55,003 bases of DNA from a virus (Duplodnaviria; Caudoviricetes), in IMG/VR virus record IMGVR_UViG_3300042837_000038, positions 1-55,003 of that record; one strand, given 5' to 3'. Under the pieces are notes generated by a model. That model was not told the origin of the DNA. It ran no database searches and worked only from the letters and a program-made list of their open reading frames with translations. Shown here in pieces: positions 35,219 through 46,342 of the stretch (the first letter of the stretch is position 1; each line of letters starts with the position of its first letter). Both the position numbers and the translations under genes were made by a program.

Positions 35219-37240
35219 ATGGCGCTCGGTGACGCCTTTATAGATGTTCACGCCAACACGGATCCGTTTGAGAAAGATCTCCGGACCAAACTCCCTACCG
35301 CCGCCAAAGACGCTAACTCGATCATGGATCAGATCGGGGAAGGCTGGGGCGACAAAGTAGCCAGTTCCATGACCAAGGAGCTGGGCAGCCACGGCAAGGA
35401 CTTCGCCCAGGCGGTGGAGCGGTCCACCGAACGTACCGTCATCCACCCCCGGTCCGACATCAAATGGGACGCCAACGTCGGCCGGTTCCGCAACTCGGCC
35501 GGTGAGTTCGTCGCCATGTTCGCCGACGAGACACAGAAAGCGTTCCAGCGTCAGGCCGGTCCCGGCGGCCCGTTCGCCAAAGTGGGGGAAGCCTTCTCCG
35601 ACGCCGTTGGTGCCGGGTTCAGTGTCAGCGGCAAGTCACCCCTGATCGCCCTGCTGATCCCGTTGGTCGGTGAGATCGGGCTCCTGATCGCCGGAGCCCT
35701 CCAGGGAGCCAACGCCCTGGCCGCCGTACTTACCACCCTGCCGGCCCTGATCACCGCCGTCGGGTTGCAGGCCACCGTCCTGTTCGCCGCCTTCCACGGC
35801 ATCGGAGACGCGATCCAAGGTGCGTTCGCTGCCAAGAACGCCCAGGAACTCAACGACGCGATCAAGGGACTCACCCCGGCAGCCCAGTCGTTCGTGGTGT
35901 CTCTGCTGCCCGTCCGGGACCTGTTCAAAGAGATCTCCGCGATCGCGCAGCAGAACTTCTTCAAACAGCTCGGTGACACGGCGGGTCAGGTGGCCCGTGC
36001 GCTGGGCCCGATCCTGACCGGGAACAACTTCGCCGCCCTGGCCCGCTCCCTGGGTGACCTGTTCGCCGGGGTCGGGGTTCTGTTGCGGTCACCGCTGTTC
36101 AGTGACTTCATCAACAACACCCTGAAGCAGACGGTCATCTGGCTGCGGGAGTTCGGGTTGGCGTTCACCAACGCCCTGACCGGACTGGTGCGGATCGCCA
36201 ACGCGTCCCTGCCGTTCCTGCGCACCATCGGTGGTTGGATCAATGAGGCGCTGAACGAGTTCGGTGACTGGCTGGGCGAGGTGGCCACCAACGGATCGTT
36301 CTCGGCGTGGCTGAAATCGATGACCCCGACGTTCCTGCAACTGCTGGAGCTGTTGAAGGCGGTCGCCAAGTTCGTCGGAGCCTTCTTCTTCGCCCTGGAC
36401 AAGGCGGGCGGCGAGGACGCACTGTCGGAGATCATTGGTCAACTGATGGTCTTCGCCGCCATTCTTTCTTCCGACTTTGGTATCGAAGCCATGCGTGGGC
36501 TGCTCTTCGTCCTGGGAACTCTGGGAATTGTGTTCATGGGGCTGGCCACGGCGATCATGGCGGCTGCGGCACTCATTTCCGTTGCCTACCGGTCCATCCG
36601 GGAGTTCTTCATCTGGCTGATCGACTACGCGGCTCCGGCGGTGGGTCAGGCCTTTGAGGAAGCCTGGTTCCGTCTCCAGTTGGCCTGGGCCGGGATCGTC
36701 AACGGCCTCCAGAATCTGGGTAAGTCGATCGGTGACTTTTTCGTCGGCCTCTGGAACTCGATCAAGAACAACTGGAACCGCATCATCGGCATCTTCCTGA
36801 GTGTCCCGATGATGATCTGGAACGCGCTCAAAGGTCTGCCAAGCCTGCTGTGGAATGCCGGCAAGAATGCGGTGAACAGCTTCCTCGATGGTGTCAAGAG
36901 CATGTTCGGGGCGGTCGGAAACGTAGCCCACGACCTGATCAGCAAGGTGACCGACCTGCTCCCGGGTTCCCCCGCCAAGGAGGGACCCCTATCCGGTCAC
37001 GGATACGCCAAACTCCGTGGCCAGCGGATGGTTCAGGACCTGATGGTGGGCATGAAAGGGCAGGCCACGGACCTGCGGAACACCGCCACGAACACCGTGT
37101 CGCAGGTAGTCAACTTCGGTGGGATCAAGATGGAATTCGGTGGCGTACCCACCGAGGCGCAGGCACGTACCGCTGGAGCGGCAGTGGGGGCCGGCATCAC
37201 CAACCAGATGGAAGTCGCTCTAGCAGTTAGGGCCCTGTGA
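35219..37240 (+). CDS. Tape measure protein (short, about 673 aa)
   Basis: MALGDAFIDV start, Ala/Leu helical repeats, LPGSPAKEGPLSG. Confidence 0.9.
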   Translation: MALGDAFIDVHANTDPFEKDLRTKLPTAAKDANSIMDQIGEGWGDKVASSMTKELGSHGKDFAQAVERSTERTVIHPRSDIKWDANVGRFRNSAGEFVAMFADETQKAFQRQAGPGGPFAKVGEAFSDAVGAGFSVSGKSPLIALLIPLVGEIGLLIAGALQGANALAAVLTTLPALITAVGLQATVLFAAFHGIGDAIQGAFAAKNAQELNDAIKGLTPAAQSFVVSLLPVRDLFKEISAIAQQNFFKQLGDTAGQVARALGPILTGNNFAALARSLGDLFAGVGVLLRSPLFSDFINNTLKQTVIWLREFGLAFTNALTGLVRIANASLPFLRTIGGWINEALNEFGDWLGEVATNGSFSAWLKSMTPTFLQLLELLKAVAKFVGAFFFALDKAGGEDALSEIIGQLMVFAAILSSDFGIEAMRGLLFVLGTLGIVFMGLATAIMAAAALISVAYRSIREFFIWLIDYAAPAVGQAFEEAWFRLQLAWAGIVNGLQNLGKSIGDFFVGLWNSIKNNWNRIIGIFLSVPMMIWNALKGLPSLLWNAGKNAVNSFLDGVKSMFGAVGNVAHDLISKVTDLLPGSPAKEGPLSGHGYAKLRGQRMVQDLMVGMKGQATDLRNTATNTVSQVVNFGGIKMEFGGVPTEAQARTAGAAVGAGITNQMEVALAVRAL

Positions 37241-40200
37241 TGGCTAACTACAACCCGAACTCCCCGTACATTCTGGGTCAGGAATGGGTGCCCATCCAGG
37301 AAGACGATTACAGCCTGGTCGGCGGAGTGGACGCCCTGGAAGTGGGTCATTCCTTTTCCCTGGCCACCACTCGCGTGCTTCGGGATGGCCGCTACTACAT
37401 CAAGGACTTCCCCGCAGGTCAGGCCGGCTACCCGGAAATCATCAGCATCTACCCGAACGGTGGGGAAGGTCTGAGTGGACCCATTCAAAGGGTTCTGATT
37501 CCGGTGAACAACGGGGTAGTGACCGGGGCTGAGACGTCGTTCACCGTCAACGCGGCCACCGACCTGTTCAATCCCGCTGACGGTATTGCCGCTTCCACCG
37601 CCATTGACAATGTCAACAACAACGGTTTCACCGCCTATTTCGCCACCAACCAGTACGCCCAGTTGCTGAACGGCAAGCGGATCCTGGGTATCAACCTGTT
37701 GTACTCGGTGGCCACCACCAACGAGTTTGAGCTGGCGAACGTACTTGCCGGTAATGGTGGGATCATTTCCTCCATTGACCTGGTGGCGAACAACTCCGCC
37801 GTGTTCACGCTGGCACTTCTGTTCGGGTCCACCACCAGCGGTCTGTACAACTTCGGGTACAAGTATTTCCCCACCGCCACCGCGTCATCGGACCCGCAGC
37901 GTGGGGTGACCCGCAACCGGCTCCCCAACTACAACCCGTACTTCGGGTCTCCGCCGTCCACTGCCATTTCCGAGGTCCAGCCGTGGAGCTATGCGGACCT
38001 TCAGCGGTTTGAGATCAGTGACAGCAGCCGGTACGGGATCCGGGTGTGGAACACCGCCAGCGGTACCACCTCCACCACCTTCAACCCCAGCTTCTTCTGG
38101 TACTACATGGCACTGGAAGTGCTGTTCTGTGAGGAAACCAGGCTGGCGGTGGGAGGGTTCCAGCGGGCCAACACCGCCGGAGCCAACTTTGTTCCCATCT
38201 ACAACGCCAACGTGATCCCGTTGCGCACCATGGGAACCCGGACGGTGAACCCGGTCCTTCTTCCCGGGGACTACACCGTCACTGTCATGAAGGGTGACTC
38301 GGGAGAAACGTCTGACTTCAACGGGATCTTGTACGGGGTGAAGCCGGAGCCGATCAACGCGATCCGGCAGTTGTACCCACTTCCCACGGTGGAGGGGGTC
38401 CGGGTTCAGCTCCCCAACCCGATGAACGACACCGCCGTGGGCAAGGTGTTCACCCGGGAAACGACCCAGATCCTGCCCATGCTGTCACTGCACACCTCCG
38501 GTGGCCCGCTCACCGAGGTGCACGTGTACGGGCGCCAGTCGGTGGCCCAGGTGTACGGCACCATCACCGCCACCCAGGACATCAACGAGGACGCCGACGG
38601 CGGTGTCTCATACGACTACGACCAGGTTCGTTTCTATGCCCGACGGTTCGGTAACACGTCCGTCCCGCTGCTCCTGGATTCTCCGGACATCGCCGGGTTC
38701 TCGGCCCGCATCCTGCCAGTGACCTTCGATGCCCTGGAAGACATGGTGGACGGCTGGAAGGAGATCACCCTCCCGGTGAGTCCCAGCGCCGTTCCCATGG
38801 GTGCTCAGGCGGTTGCCTCACCGTCCTGGCGTTGGTCGGCGGCAGGGGAACTGGCCGGTAACCGGTGGGAGGTCCTCGGCGCCTCGGCACCGTCACTGTC
38901 CGGTCAGCCGGGGAACCTGCTCAACCTGATGGCTTCTGGCCAGCGTCTCGGGGACGCCACGTACGGCATCGGTTCCACCACGGAGACCGGAACCACGATC
39001 ACCGAGTCGTGGGTTCCTGGTATCGCTCCTCCGGTGTCGGCAACCACGGCGGACGGGTTCTCCGACGCGACTGTCCTGTTCAGCGTCAACCCGCCTGCGG
39101 TGTCGGGGCTGGCGGTGACGGCCATGAGCCAGGCCCTGACCTACACCACCCCAAACTGTTCCGGGTTCGTTCCGGGATGCGTACCCACGTCCCTGACTTA
39201 CAACAAACTGTCGTGGACGCTGCGCCGCAGCGTGGTCCAGGACCTGTTCGCCCGGGTAGCAGCCTCCGGGTGGGGGTCGGCGGACACGGGGCAGGCATGG
39301 GCCCTCACCGGCACCACAGGTCTGTTCACCGTGGACGGCTCCTACGGGGAGATGTTCCACACCGGGGGGGCGGTCAGCACCCTGACCCAGGCCCTGGTGG
39401 GGATCAACTCCCCGGACAGTGATGGTGGGTTCTCGTGGTTGATGGACGCCACCGACTCCACCGGTACCAACACCATCGAGATCCTGGCCCGGTACGCCGA
39501 TGTGTCGAACTTCTACCGGGTGACCGCCACGATCAACGCGAACCAGACCATCGATTTCTCCATGACCAAGCGGGTTGCCGGCGTGGAGACCACCCTGGTG
39601 ACACAGGCGGCCAAGTATGGGCTGGTGCAGACGACGGCTACCTGGTTCTCGATGCGGTTCCGGGTGGCGGGGGCCACGTTGCAGGCCAAGATCTGGGTCC
39701 GTGACCTGCCGGAGCCACCTACCTGGGACCTGGATATCAGGGACACGTCTCTGACCACAGGCAACTCGTGGGGGGTCCGGTCCGCTGACAACACCACCGG
39801 TCCGGCGTTCACCTTCTTCGTTGACAACCTGTTGGTGTCGCCGCCGAACTTCGGGATCCTGGAACTCCAGCGGTACGACCCGGTGGATGCGGCGTTCAAC
39901 ACGATCATGTTGTCCACCACTCCGGCGATCACGGCCTTCAACGACTACGAGGCCCGGGTGGGCCAGACGTCGGTGTACCGGATGCGGGAACGCAACATGT
40001 ACGACTTCGCCGGCCTGTGGTCGCCTCAGGTGTCCGGTTCGGTGGCCACTCCCGGTGTGGTGGGAGCCAGTGTGGCTCTGACCATTTTTACTACCAACTA
40101 CTTCCAATCTGGCAGTTCCAACCTGGCGTACTCGGCGGAATGGGAGGGGCAGCCGCAGGAGGACTTCACCTGGCCCGAGAGTAATGATCTTGTCATCCAG

Positions 40201-40518
40201 GAGATGTACGACAAGAACTTCGTCACCACCTTCCATCCGTTGGAACGTGGCGGCGAACGGTTCACCCGCAACATCCTGGTGAACGCCGCCGGGATCCCAC
40301 CGGTGACGTCCCAGAACGGCTTCGAGTCGTTGCGGGATATGGCCTGGAACGTGGCCCCGTACATTTGTGTCCGGGACGAACTGGGCAACCGCTGGTACTC
40401 CACGGTGGTGGTACCGGAGGGTAACCGCAGACGGATCCGGGCCCAGGGTCACCTGACCATCGCCCAGGTGGCGGTCATTGAGACCAGCGAGTTCCCGTTC
40501 CCGGTGAATCCGGCATGA
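37237..40518 (+). CDS. Large minor tail / receptor-binding protein
   Basis: 1093 aa, Thr/Ser/Gly-rich beta content, GWGSADTGQAW module, FNDYEAR. Confidence 0.8.
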   Translation: MMANYNPNSPYILGQEWVPIQEDDYSLVGGVDALEVGHSFSLATTRVLRDGRYYIKDFPAGQAGYPEIISIYPNGGEGLSGPIQRVLIPVNNGVVTGAETSFTVNAATDLFNPADGIAASTAIDNVNNNGFTAYFATNQYAQLLNGKRILGINLLYSVATTNEFELANVLAGNGGIISSIDLVANNSAVFTLALLFGSTTSGLYNFGYKYFPTATASSDPQRGVTRNRLPNYNPYFGSPPSTAISEVQPWSYADLQRFEISDSSRYGIRVWNTASGTTSTTFNPSFFWYYMALEVLFCEETRLAVGGFQRANTAGANFVPIYNANVIPLRTMGTRTVNPVLLPGDYTVTVMKGDSGETSDFNGILYGVKPEPINAIRQLYPLPTVEGVRVQLPNPMNDTAVGKVFTRETTQILPMLSLHTSGGPLTEVHVYGRQSVAQVYGTITATQDINEDADGGVSYDYDQVRFYARRFGNTSVPLLLDSPDIAGFSARILPVTFDALEDMVDGWKEITLPVSPSAVPMGAQAVASPSWRWSAAGELAGNRWEVLGASAPSLSGQPGNLLNLMASGQRLGDATYGIGSTTETGTTITESWVPGIAPPVSATTADGFSDATVLFSVNPPAVSGLAVTAMSQALTYTTPNCSGFVPGCVPTSLTYNKLSWTLRRSVVQDLFARVAASGWGSADTGQAWALTGTTGLFTVDGSYGEMFHTGGAVSTLTQALVGINSPDSDGGFSWLMDATDSTGTNTIEILARYADVSNFYRVTATINANQTIDFSMTKRVAGVETTLVTQAAKYGLVQTTATWFSMRFRVAGATLQAKIWVRDLPEPPTWDLDIRDTSLTTGNSWGVRSADNTTGPAFTFFVDNLLVSPPNFGILELQRYDPVDAAFNTIMLSTTPAITAFNDYEARVGQTSVYRMRERNMYDFAGLWSPQVSGSVATPGVVGASVALTIFTTNYFQSGSSNLAYSAEWEGQPQEDFTWPESNDLVIQEMYDKNFVTTFHPLERGGERFTRNILVNAAGIPPVTSQNGFESLRDMAWNVAPYICVRDELGNRWYSTVVVPEGNRRRIRAQGHLTIAQVAVIETSEFPFPVNPA

Positions 40519-41579
40519 GCCTCATCGACCGCACCCTTCCCGACGTTGACCCGTTCTTTGACCTGACCACGGGGGTGGGTCAGCGTTCGGCCACGTTCCG
40601 GTTCAAGCTGATCGACGGGGTCACCGGTGGCCATCTCGGTGACATCACCCCTATCCGTAACGCCAGTTTGAGTCACGACACGACCCGCACCATCAAACGG
40701 AGCTTGAACCTGTCCCTGGGTGTGGCCGACACCATGGCCATCGATCCGGTCAACAACCGGGTGGAGCCGTTCATGGTGCTGCCCAACGGCACCGAGTACC
40801 CGCTGGGCCGGTATGTGTTCACCACGGCACCCAGGGACGTGTTCACGGCCGGCAAGTTGATGTCGGCCACGTTGCTGGATGAGATGTTCATCCTCGATCA
40901 GCCGATCCAGGCGGCTATCGCCGGTGAGGGGGTGCTGGCCTCGAAGGCGATCGTGAAGGTGGTTGCCGGGTTCGGGTTCGACCTGGAGGTGGAGGGCACC
41001 GAATACACCGCGCTCCAGTCCTGGGGTGCGGGTGCCGGCCGGGGTCAGATCCTGGCAGCCCTCGCCCTGGCCGGTGATTACTTCTCCCCTTGGTTCGATA
41101 ACCATCACAAGCTCCGGTTCATTCGTTCGTTTGATCCGGCGACAGCGATCCCTAACTTTGACTTTGATACCGGGAACCAGGTTCTGAGAGAACCCATTCA
41201 GGAGACGGACGATCTACTTACCTCTCCCAACAGGTTTATCGCTATCGCCAACAGCAGCAATGACCTGAGTTCTCCTGCCGCCGCCTTTGTTGACGTACCA
41301 GTTTCCGCTCCTCATTCCATCAAGAACCGGGGCTTTGTGGTAGCCCAGGTAGTGGATACCCAGGTGGCCGACACCGCGCAGGCGCAGGTGGTGGCCCGTA
41401 ATCTGGCAATCCGTCACACGGTATTCGAACGGGTTACTCTGACAACGCCACCAGATCCTCGCCATGACTCATATGATGTGGTGATATGGAACGGCCAAAA
41501 ATGGCTTGAGTTGGCATGGTCAATGGATCTGTTGGAGGGCGGGAGCATGGAACACACCCTCCGGAAGACATATTCATGA
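40515..41579 (+). CDS. Minor tail (baseplate hub-like) protein
   Basis: Position; YPLGRY, PDPRHD motifs. Confidence 0.8.
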   Translation: MSLIDRTLPDVDPFFDLTTGVGQRSATFRFKLIDGVTGGHLGDITPIRNASLSHDTTRTIKRSLNLSLGVADTMAIDPVNNRVEPFMVLPNGTEYPLGRYVFTTAPRDVFTAGKLMSATLLDEMFILDQPIQAAIAGEGVLASKAIVKVVAGFGFDLEVEGTEYTALQSWGAGAGRGQILAALALAGDYFSPWFDNHHKLRFIRSFDPATAIPNFDFDTGNQVLREPIQETDDLLTSPNRFIAIANSSNDLSSPAAAFVDVPVSAPHSIKNRGFVVAQVVDTQVADTAQAQVVARNLAIRHTVFERVTLTTPPDPRHDSYDVVIWNGQKWLELAWSMDLLEGGSMEHTLRKTYS

Positions 41580-42235
41580 ACCGGGAAATTGTTGAGTCAG
41601 TTGCCGCCGGTGCCAAGGCGATCAAAGACACCGCCCAACGTCTCGGCCTGACCTGGTCGTTGAGACCGGGAACCATTCAGCCCTCGGATAGTGGGGCGAT
41701 CCAGGTCAGCTTGGACGGTGACCAGGACGTCGCCCGGGTCACCGTGGTCAGCCTCATCGGACCCGTGGTACCCCTGTCCCGGGTCATGGTGCTGATCATC
41801 CCCGACGCGATGTTCGTCATCGGCAACGTCACCGGAGCCGTTCCCCGGGTCATGACCAACCGTGTCCTGATGGTGTCCAACGCCGACGTCACCCTCACCA
41901 CGTCGTACCAGGTGGTTCCTAACACGCTGGTCACGGTAGTCACGTCCGGGCTGGCCACCTGGGAAGTGATCGGGGACTTCGACATGGACACCACCGGTGC
42001 CGGCACCACCATCATGGTGGGCAGCCTGTTCGTGGACGGTGTTCAGCAGACCGGTGACGCGGTGTGGGGTTCCAATGCCGTTACTGAGCGGGTAAACGTG
42101 GTCCAGATGTGGGATGGCACATTCCATAACGCCGGAGCGCACAACTTCCAGTTGCAGGCCATCAAAACCGTCAACGTGGGCACCAACGTTGTTCAGGGAA
42201 TCGGTACCCGGATCAACGTGAAGACCTTCGAATGA
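41576..42235 (+). CDS. Minor tail protein
   Basis: N-terminal V.LDGD OB-like segment, beta-sandwich C-terminus. Confidence 0.75.
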   Translation: MNREIVESVAAGAKAIKDTAQRLGLTWSLRPGTIQPSDSGAIQVSLDGDQDVARVTVVSLIGPVVPLSRVMVLIIPDAMFVIGNVTGAVPRVMTNRVLMVSNADVTLTTSYQVVPNTLVTVVTSGLATWEVIGDFDMDTTGAGTTIMVGSLFVDGVQQTGDAVWGSNAVTERVNVVQMWDGTFHNAGAHNFQLQAIKTVNVGTNVVQGIGTRINVKTFE

Positions 42236-43296
42236 AGGTCTATGTCCTTCCCGCCGACGCCTACGGTTGCGGCCACAACAGGCTTATCTGGCCCGCCGAT
42301 GTGCTCCGCCACCAGGGCCACGAGATCGTCATCATCCCCCCGGACGGCAAGCAGGGGTTCCTGGCGAAGACGGAGACCCAACCGGACGGTTCGGAGCGGC
42401 TCCTGTCCGTTCAGGTCCCCGAGGACATGGACGTGTTGGTGATCCAGCGTCCCGCCCACCCGTTGCAGCCGCAGATGATCGAGGCGATGCGGGCCAACGG
42501 GGTGGCGGTGGTCATCGACATGGACGATGACATGTCCTCCATCCATCCCAGCAACGTGGCGTTCCACCTGTACCGGCACCGGTCCAACTCGCCCTTCTCC
42601 TGGCGCCACGCCATGGAGAGCTGCAAGCGGGCCACCATGGTTACCACTTCAACGTCGGCACTACAGAAGGTGTACGCCAAGCATGGACGGGGTCGGGTGA
42701 TCGATAACTTCGTCCCGGCCACCTATCTGATGTATCCGAAGCTGGAAACCGGATCGTTCGGGTGGGCCGGCACGATGAAGTCGCACCCCGACGATCCGCA
42801 GGTGATGGGTAACGCGGTCCGGGACCTCACCAACCAGGGGTACCTGTTCTCGGTGGTGGGTGATGGCAGGGGTGTGAAGCAGGCCCTGCGGCTGGCCCAG
42901 GATCCTCCGGCCACCGGTTCGGTCGCTCTGATCGACTGGGCGGCCCGGATCGGCGACTCGATGGATGTGGGCCTGGTGCCGCTGTCGGCCACCTCGTTCA
43001 ACACGAGCAAGTCCCGGTTGAAGGGAATCGAGTGCATGGCGGTGGGGGTGCCGTTTGTGGCTTCACCCCGTCAGGAGTACCGCAAGTTGATCAGGGAGGC
43101 CGGGTGCGGGTTCCTGGCCGACAGCCCCAAGCAGTGGTACACCATGGTCAAGGAACTTATGGATAATGAAACTCTCCGCAAGGAACAAGTGGAAGCCGGC
43201 AGAGCGTACATGCAGGACCAAACGTACGAAGCTAACGCCTGGCGCCAGTTGGAAGCCTGGGAGCACGCGCTCAAGCTCCAGAGAGGATCTACGTGA
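42232..43296 (+). CDS. Glycosyltransferase, GT-B fold (GT4-like)
   Basis: GCGHNRL, DMDDD, GWAG..SH, DVGLVPL...FN.SKS.LK.IE...GVP.VAS. Confidence 0.9.
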   Translation: MKVYVLPADAYGCGHNRLIWPADVLRHQGHEIVIIPPDGKQGFLAKTETQPDGSERLLSVQVPEDMDVLVIQRPAHPLQPQMIEAMRANGVAVVIDMDDDMSSIHPSNVAFHLYRHRSNSPFSWRHAMESCKRATMVTTSTSALQKVYAKHGRGRVIDNFVPATYLMYPKLETGSFGWAGTMKSHPDDPQVMGNAVRDLTNQGYLFSVVGDGRGVKQALRLAQDPPATGSVALIDWAARIGDSMDVGLVPLSATSFNTSKSRLKGIECMAVGVPFVASPRQEYRKLIREAGCGFLADSPKQWYTMVKELMDNETLRKEQVEAGRAYMQDQTYEANAWRQLEAWEHALKLQRGST

Positions 43297-43943
43297 GTCG
43301 TCCCAGAATCGCTGTCATACCCACCCACAACAGACCCCAGGAACTGGGGGTGGCAGTCACTGCCATCGGTCCCCAGGTCGACACCGTGATCGTGATCGAC
43401 AACGCTTCCGATCCACCGGTCAACGGGGTGGAAGCCATCGTGATCCGGGACCCGGAACAGCCACCCAACCTGTCCCGGCTATGGAACATCGGCCTGGACG
43501 CGGCAGCCGCGTGGGCAAAGGGGCACGACGAATGGGATGTGGCGATCCTGAACGACGACACCATCGCGTACCCGGACTGGATGGACAAGGTTTCCCGGGG
43601 TTTGCGGGAAACCACGGCGGCGGCGGCTTACACCAGCAACCCGTATATGAACCGCATCGTCATCCACGGCCCCCATTCCGGTTGGGGAACAGGTACCCGC
43701 GTACACGGGTGGGCGTTCGCCATGCGGGGAGAAACCACATTCCGGTTCGATGAGCGGTTCCGTTGGTGGGCGGGCGACGATGACGCGTCGGTGTGGTTCA
43801 GAAACAACGGAGGAATCGCCGCCGTTCCCGGTGACGAGGTGCTCAACACCCTGGCGAACTCGTCCACTGCCGGGGAACTGATGGTGCAGGCCGCCAAGGA
43901 CATGCAGACGTTCGTTGATAAGTGGGGGAGACGTCCATGGTGA
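43293..43943 (+). CDS. Glycosyltransferase family 2
   Basis: VIPTHNR, VIDNAS, WNIG, ILNDD, FDERF.WW.GDDD. Confidence 0.9.
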   Translation: MSRPRIAVIPTHNRPQELGVAVTAIGPQVDTVIVIDNASDPPVNGVEAIVIRDPEQPPNLSRLWNIGLDAAAAWAKGHDEWDVAILNDDTIAYPDWMDKVSRGLRETTAAAAYTSNPYMNRIVIHGPHSGWGTGTRVHGWAFAMRGETTFRFDERFRWWAGDDDASVWFRNNGGIAAVPGDEVLNTLANSSTAGELMVQAAKDMQTFVDKWGRRPW

Positions 43944-44563
43944 GCCGGTACGAGTTCCTTGCCGCACTGCACGCACTGCTGATCCCTCGGGGCTACCTGG
44001 AGGTGGGAGTGTATGCCGGTGGCTCCTTGAACCTGGCCAGTTGCCCGGCGATCGGGGTGGACCCGGCGCCGATGGTGGCCGCCCAGGGACGGCAGCGCAT
44101 CTATTCCACCACCAGTGACATCTTCTTCGCCAACGGGATCCCGGAGGATTTTCCTCCGATCGATCTGGGTTTCATCGACGGCATGCACCAGTTCGAGTTC
44201 GCCCTGCGCGACTTTCGGAACATCGAGAAGTTCGGTCACCGGAAGACGATCATAACCTTTGACGACGTGCTCCCGTACAACAAAGCAATCGCGGACCGCA
44301 ACCCGCTTCCGGGGGACTGGACCGGGGACATCTGGAAAATGGTTCCCATTCTGGAGAAGCGCGGGAATGTGGAACTTCGGCTGGTGGATGTATCGCCAAC
44401 TGGGGTTTTGCTGGTGAAAGGTCTTGATCCAACCGACCGGTTCCTGTGGGACAATTACGAGGAACTGGTAGCGGAGTGGATTGACAAAGACGTGCCGGAT
44501 TGGGCTGTTGACCGATCCACTTCCTACACTCCCGAATCTGTATTGGAGTGGCTGACTCAATGA
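43937..44563 (+). CDS. Class I SAM-dependent methyltransferase (Methyltransf_24-like)
   Basis: YLEVGV..GGSL, GVDP, FIDGMH.FE, WTGDIWK. Confidence 0.9.
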   Translation: MVSRYEFLAALHALLIPRGYLEVGVYAGGSLNLASCPAIGVDPAPMVAAQGRQRIYSTTSDIFFANGIPEDFPPIDLGFIDGMHQFEFALRDFRNIEKFGHRKTIITFDDVLPYNKAIADRNPLPGDWTGDIWKMVPILEKRGNVELRLVDVSPTGVLLVKGLDPTDRFLWDNYEELVAEWIDKDVPDWAVDRSTSYTPESVLEWLTQ

Positions 44564-45378
44564 CTGTTGCCATCACTGGCGGGGGAGGCTTCATCGGTCA
44601 AGCCACCGTGGATGCGATTCTGGCCAGTAGCAATGAAAAGGTAATCGTTTTCGACCGTCGTGATGGTAACGACATCCTGGGCCCATTGGACGCTCTCCAT
44701 GGTGCTGATGCGGTCATTCACCTGGCCGGCCTGCTGGGTACCCATGAATTGTTCGACGCGGTCCAACCGGCGATCGATACCAACATCACCGGCTCCTACC
44801 GGATCATGGACTGGTGCATCAAGAACGACGCCAACTATGTCGGGATCATGATGCCGGACGTGTTCCCCAGTGTGTACACGGCCACGAAGGTGGCGTCGAA
44901 GCGGCTCGCTGACGCCCTGCACCACTCCCGTGGGCTGGCATGCTCCCATGTGCGGGCCTTCAACGTGTTCGGGCCGGGGCAGGCTCATGGTCCAGGGCAT
45001 CCACAGAAGATCATCCCGACGTTCGCGGTGGCCGGTTGGAATCGGCAGCCGATGCCGATCTGGGGATCCGGGGAGCAGACCGTGGACCTGATCTCCGCCG
45101 AGGATGTGGGGCATCTCCTGTATGAGGCGTCTTCGTGCAGCGGCAATGAGGTTTTCGACGCCGGCACTGGGCAACCGTTCACGGTGAATGAGGTGGCCGC
45201 CATGATCATGAAGATCACCGGATCCACGGTGGCACCGCAGCACCTGCCGATGCGGGACGGGGAACTTCCCACCACCGTGGTCGCCACCGGAGATGGCTGG
45301 GAAGAGTTGGCCAGGGTACCCACGTTCAACTATGTGGATCTAGAAAAGACTGTCGTCTGGTACCGGGACAACGGGTGA
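44560..45378 (+). CDS. NAD-dependent sugar epimerase/dehydratase
   Basis: TGGGGFIG, HLAG, YTATK, FNVFGPGQ. Confidence 0.92.
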   Translation: MTVAITGGGGFIGQATVDAILASSNEKVIVFDRRDGNDILGPLDALHGADAVIHLAGLLGTHELFDAVQPAIDTNITGSYRIMDWCIKNDANYVGIMMPDVFPSVYTATKVASKRLADALHHSRGLACSHVRAFNVFGPGQAHGPGHPQKIIPTFAVAGWNRQPMPIWGSGEQTVDLISAEDVGHLLYEASSCSGNEVFDAGTGQPFTVNEVAAMIMKITGSTVAPQHLPMRDGELPTTVVATGDGWEELARVPTFNYVDLEKTVVWYRDNG

Positions 45379-45599
45379 TGGATGCTGCCACGATAACCGC
45401 ATGGGCGCTGGCAATCACCGCTACCACAAGCCTGATATCGGCGGTAGGGGTACTCCTTGTCCGGGTCGGGGTCAAGAAGGTTCACGTCATGGTCAACTCT
45501 CGGCAGGAGCGGATGGAAGCCCGGATCGAGCAGCTCAGCGAGAGCCTGCGGGGAGCCGATGTTGATGTTCCCGTGCCGCCGGAAAAGAAACAAAAGTAA
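45375..45599 (+). CDS. Small membrane protein (holin-like)
   Basis: One TM segment, VHVMVNS, coiled C-terminus. Confidence 0.6.
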   Translation: MMDAATITAWALAITATTSLISAVGVLLVRVGVKKVHVMVNSRQERMEARIEQLSESLRGADVDVPVPPEKKQK

Positions 45600-45682
45600 G
45601 TTGTGTATGCTGGAATAATGGCCCGAACTCTGAAGGAAGCTCTCCGAGGGATCAAAATCCATCATTAAGGACTTGACGCCAG

Positions 45683-46333
45683 ATGAGTAAAGTACAACTA
45701 TATTCCGCCCTTTACGGTGGGTACGACTGGCCTAAGGAACTTCCGGACGGGATCACTGGTGTCATGTACACCGACGATCCTGACCTGTCGATCAAGGGCT
45801 GGGAAACCCGGGTCGTGAACATGGAGCACATCGCTCCCGGCGACTCGATGATGCAGCACAAGTACTGGAAGACCCACCCCCATGAGGCGGTACCTGAGGC
45901 GGAGGTGTCGCTGTGGTTGGACGCCAGCATGACAATCGTGGTCCCGGACTATCTGGACCGATGCCTCGGCGCCCTCGGAGCGGACGACTGGTCCTGTGTC
46001 CGCCACCCAGCACGGGTATGTATCTACCCGGAAGCCAGCTTCTCTGCGTCGTTGTCCCGGTACGCCAGCCAGACGAAGATGATGGACCAGGTGGAGTTCT
46101 ACCGTTCCGCCGGCCATCCTCCTAACTGGGGCCTGGTCGCGACCGGCTCCAACGTGCGCCGGCACACACCGCTGGTGGAGAAGGTGTCGGAACTGTGGTG
46201 GGATGAGTGCATGAACTGGTCCCACCAGGATCAACTTTCCCTCCCGGTTCTTTTCCGTTTGTACCCTGAGTTAAAATGGAACTACAACTTTCCATGGTTT
46301 GAGTGGTGGCATCTTCACCCTCACCTGAAGTGA
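45683..46333 (+). CDS. DUF616-like glycosyltransferase
   Basis: YSALYGGYD, YWKTHPH, SLWLDAS, HPARVCIYPEA, DQLSLP. Confidence 0.85.
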   Translation: MSKVQLYSALYGGYDWPKELPDGITGVMYTDDPDLSIKGWETRVVNMEHIAPGDSMMQHKYWKTHPHEAVPEAEVSLWLDASMTIVVPDYLDRCLGALGADDWSCVRHPARVCIYPEASFSASLSRYASQTKMMDQVEFYRSAGHPPNWGLVATGSNVRRHTPLVEKVSELWWDECMNWSHQDQLSLPVLFRLYPELKWNYNFPWFEWWHLHPHLK

Positions 46334-46342
46334 GGAACGGTA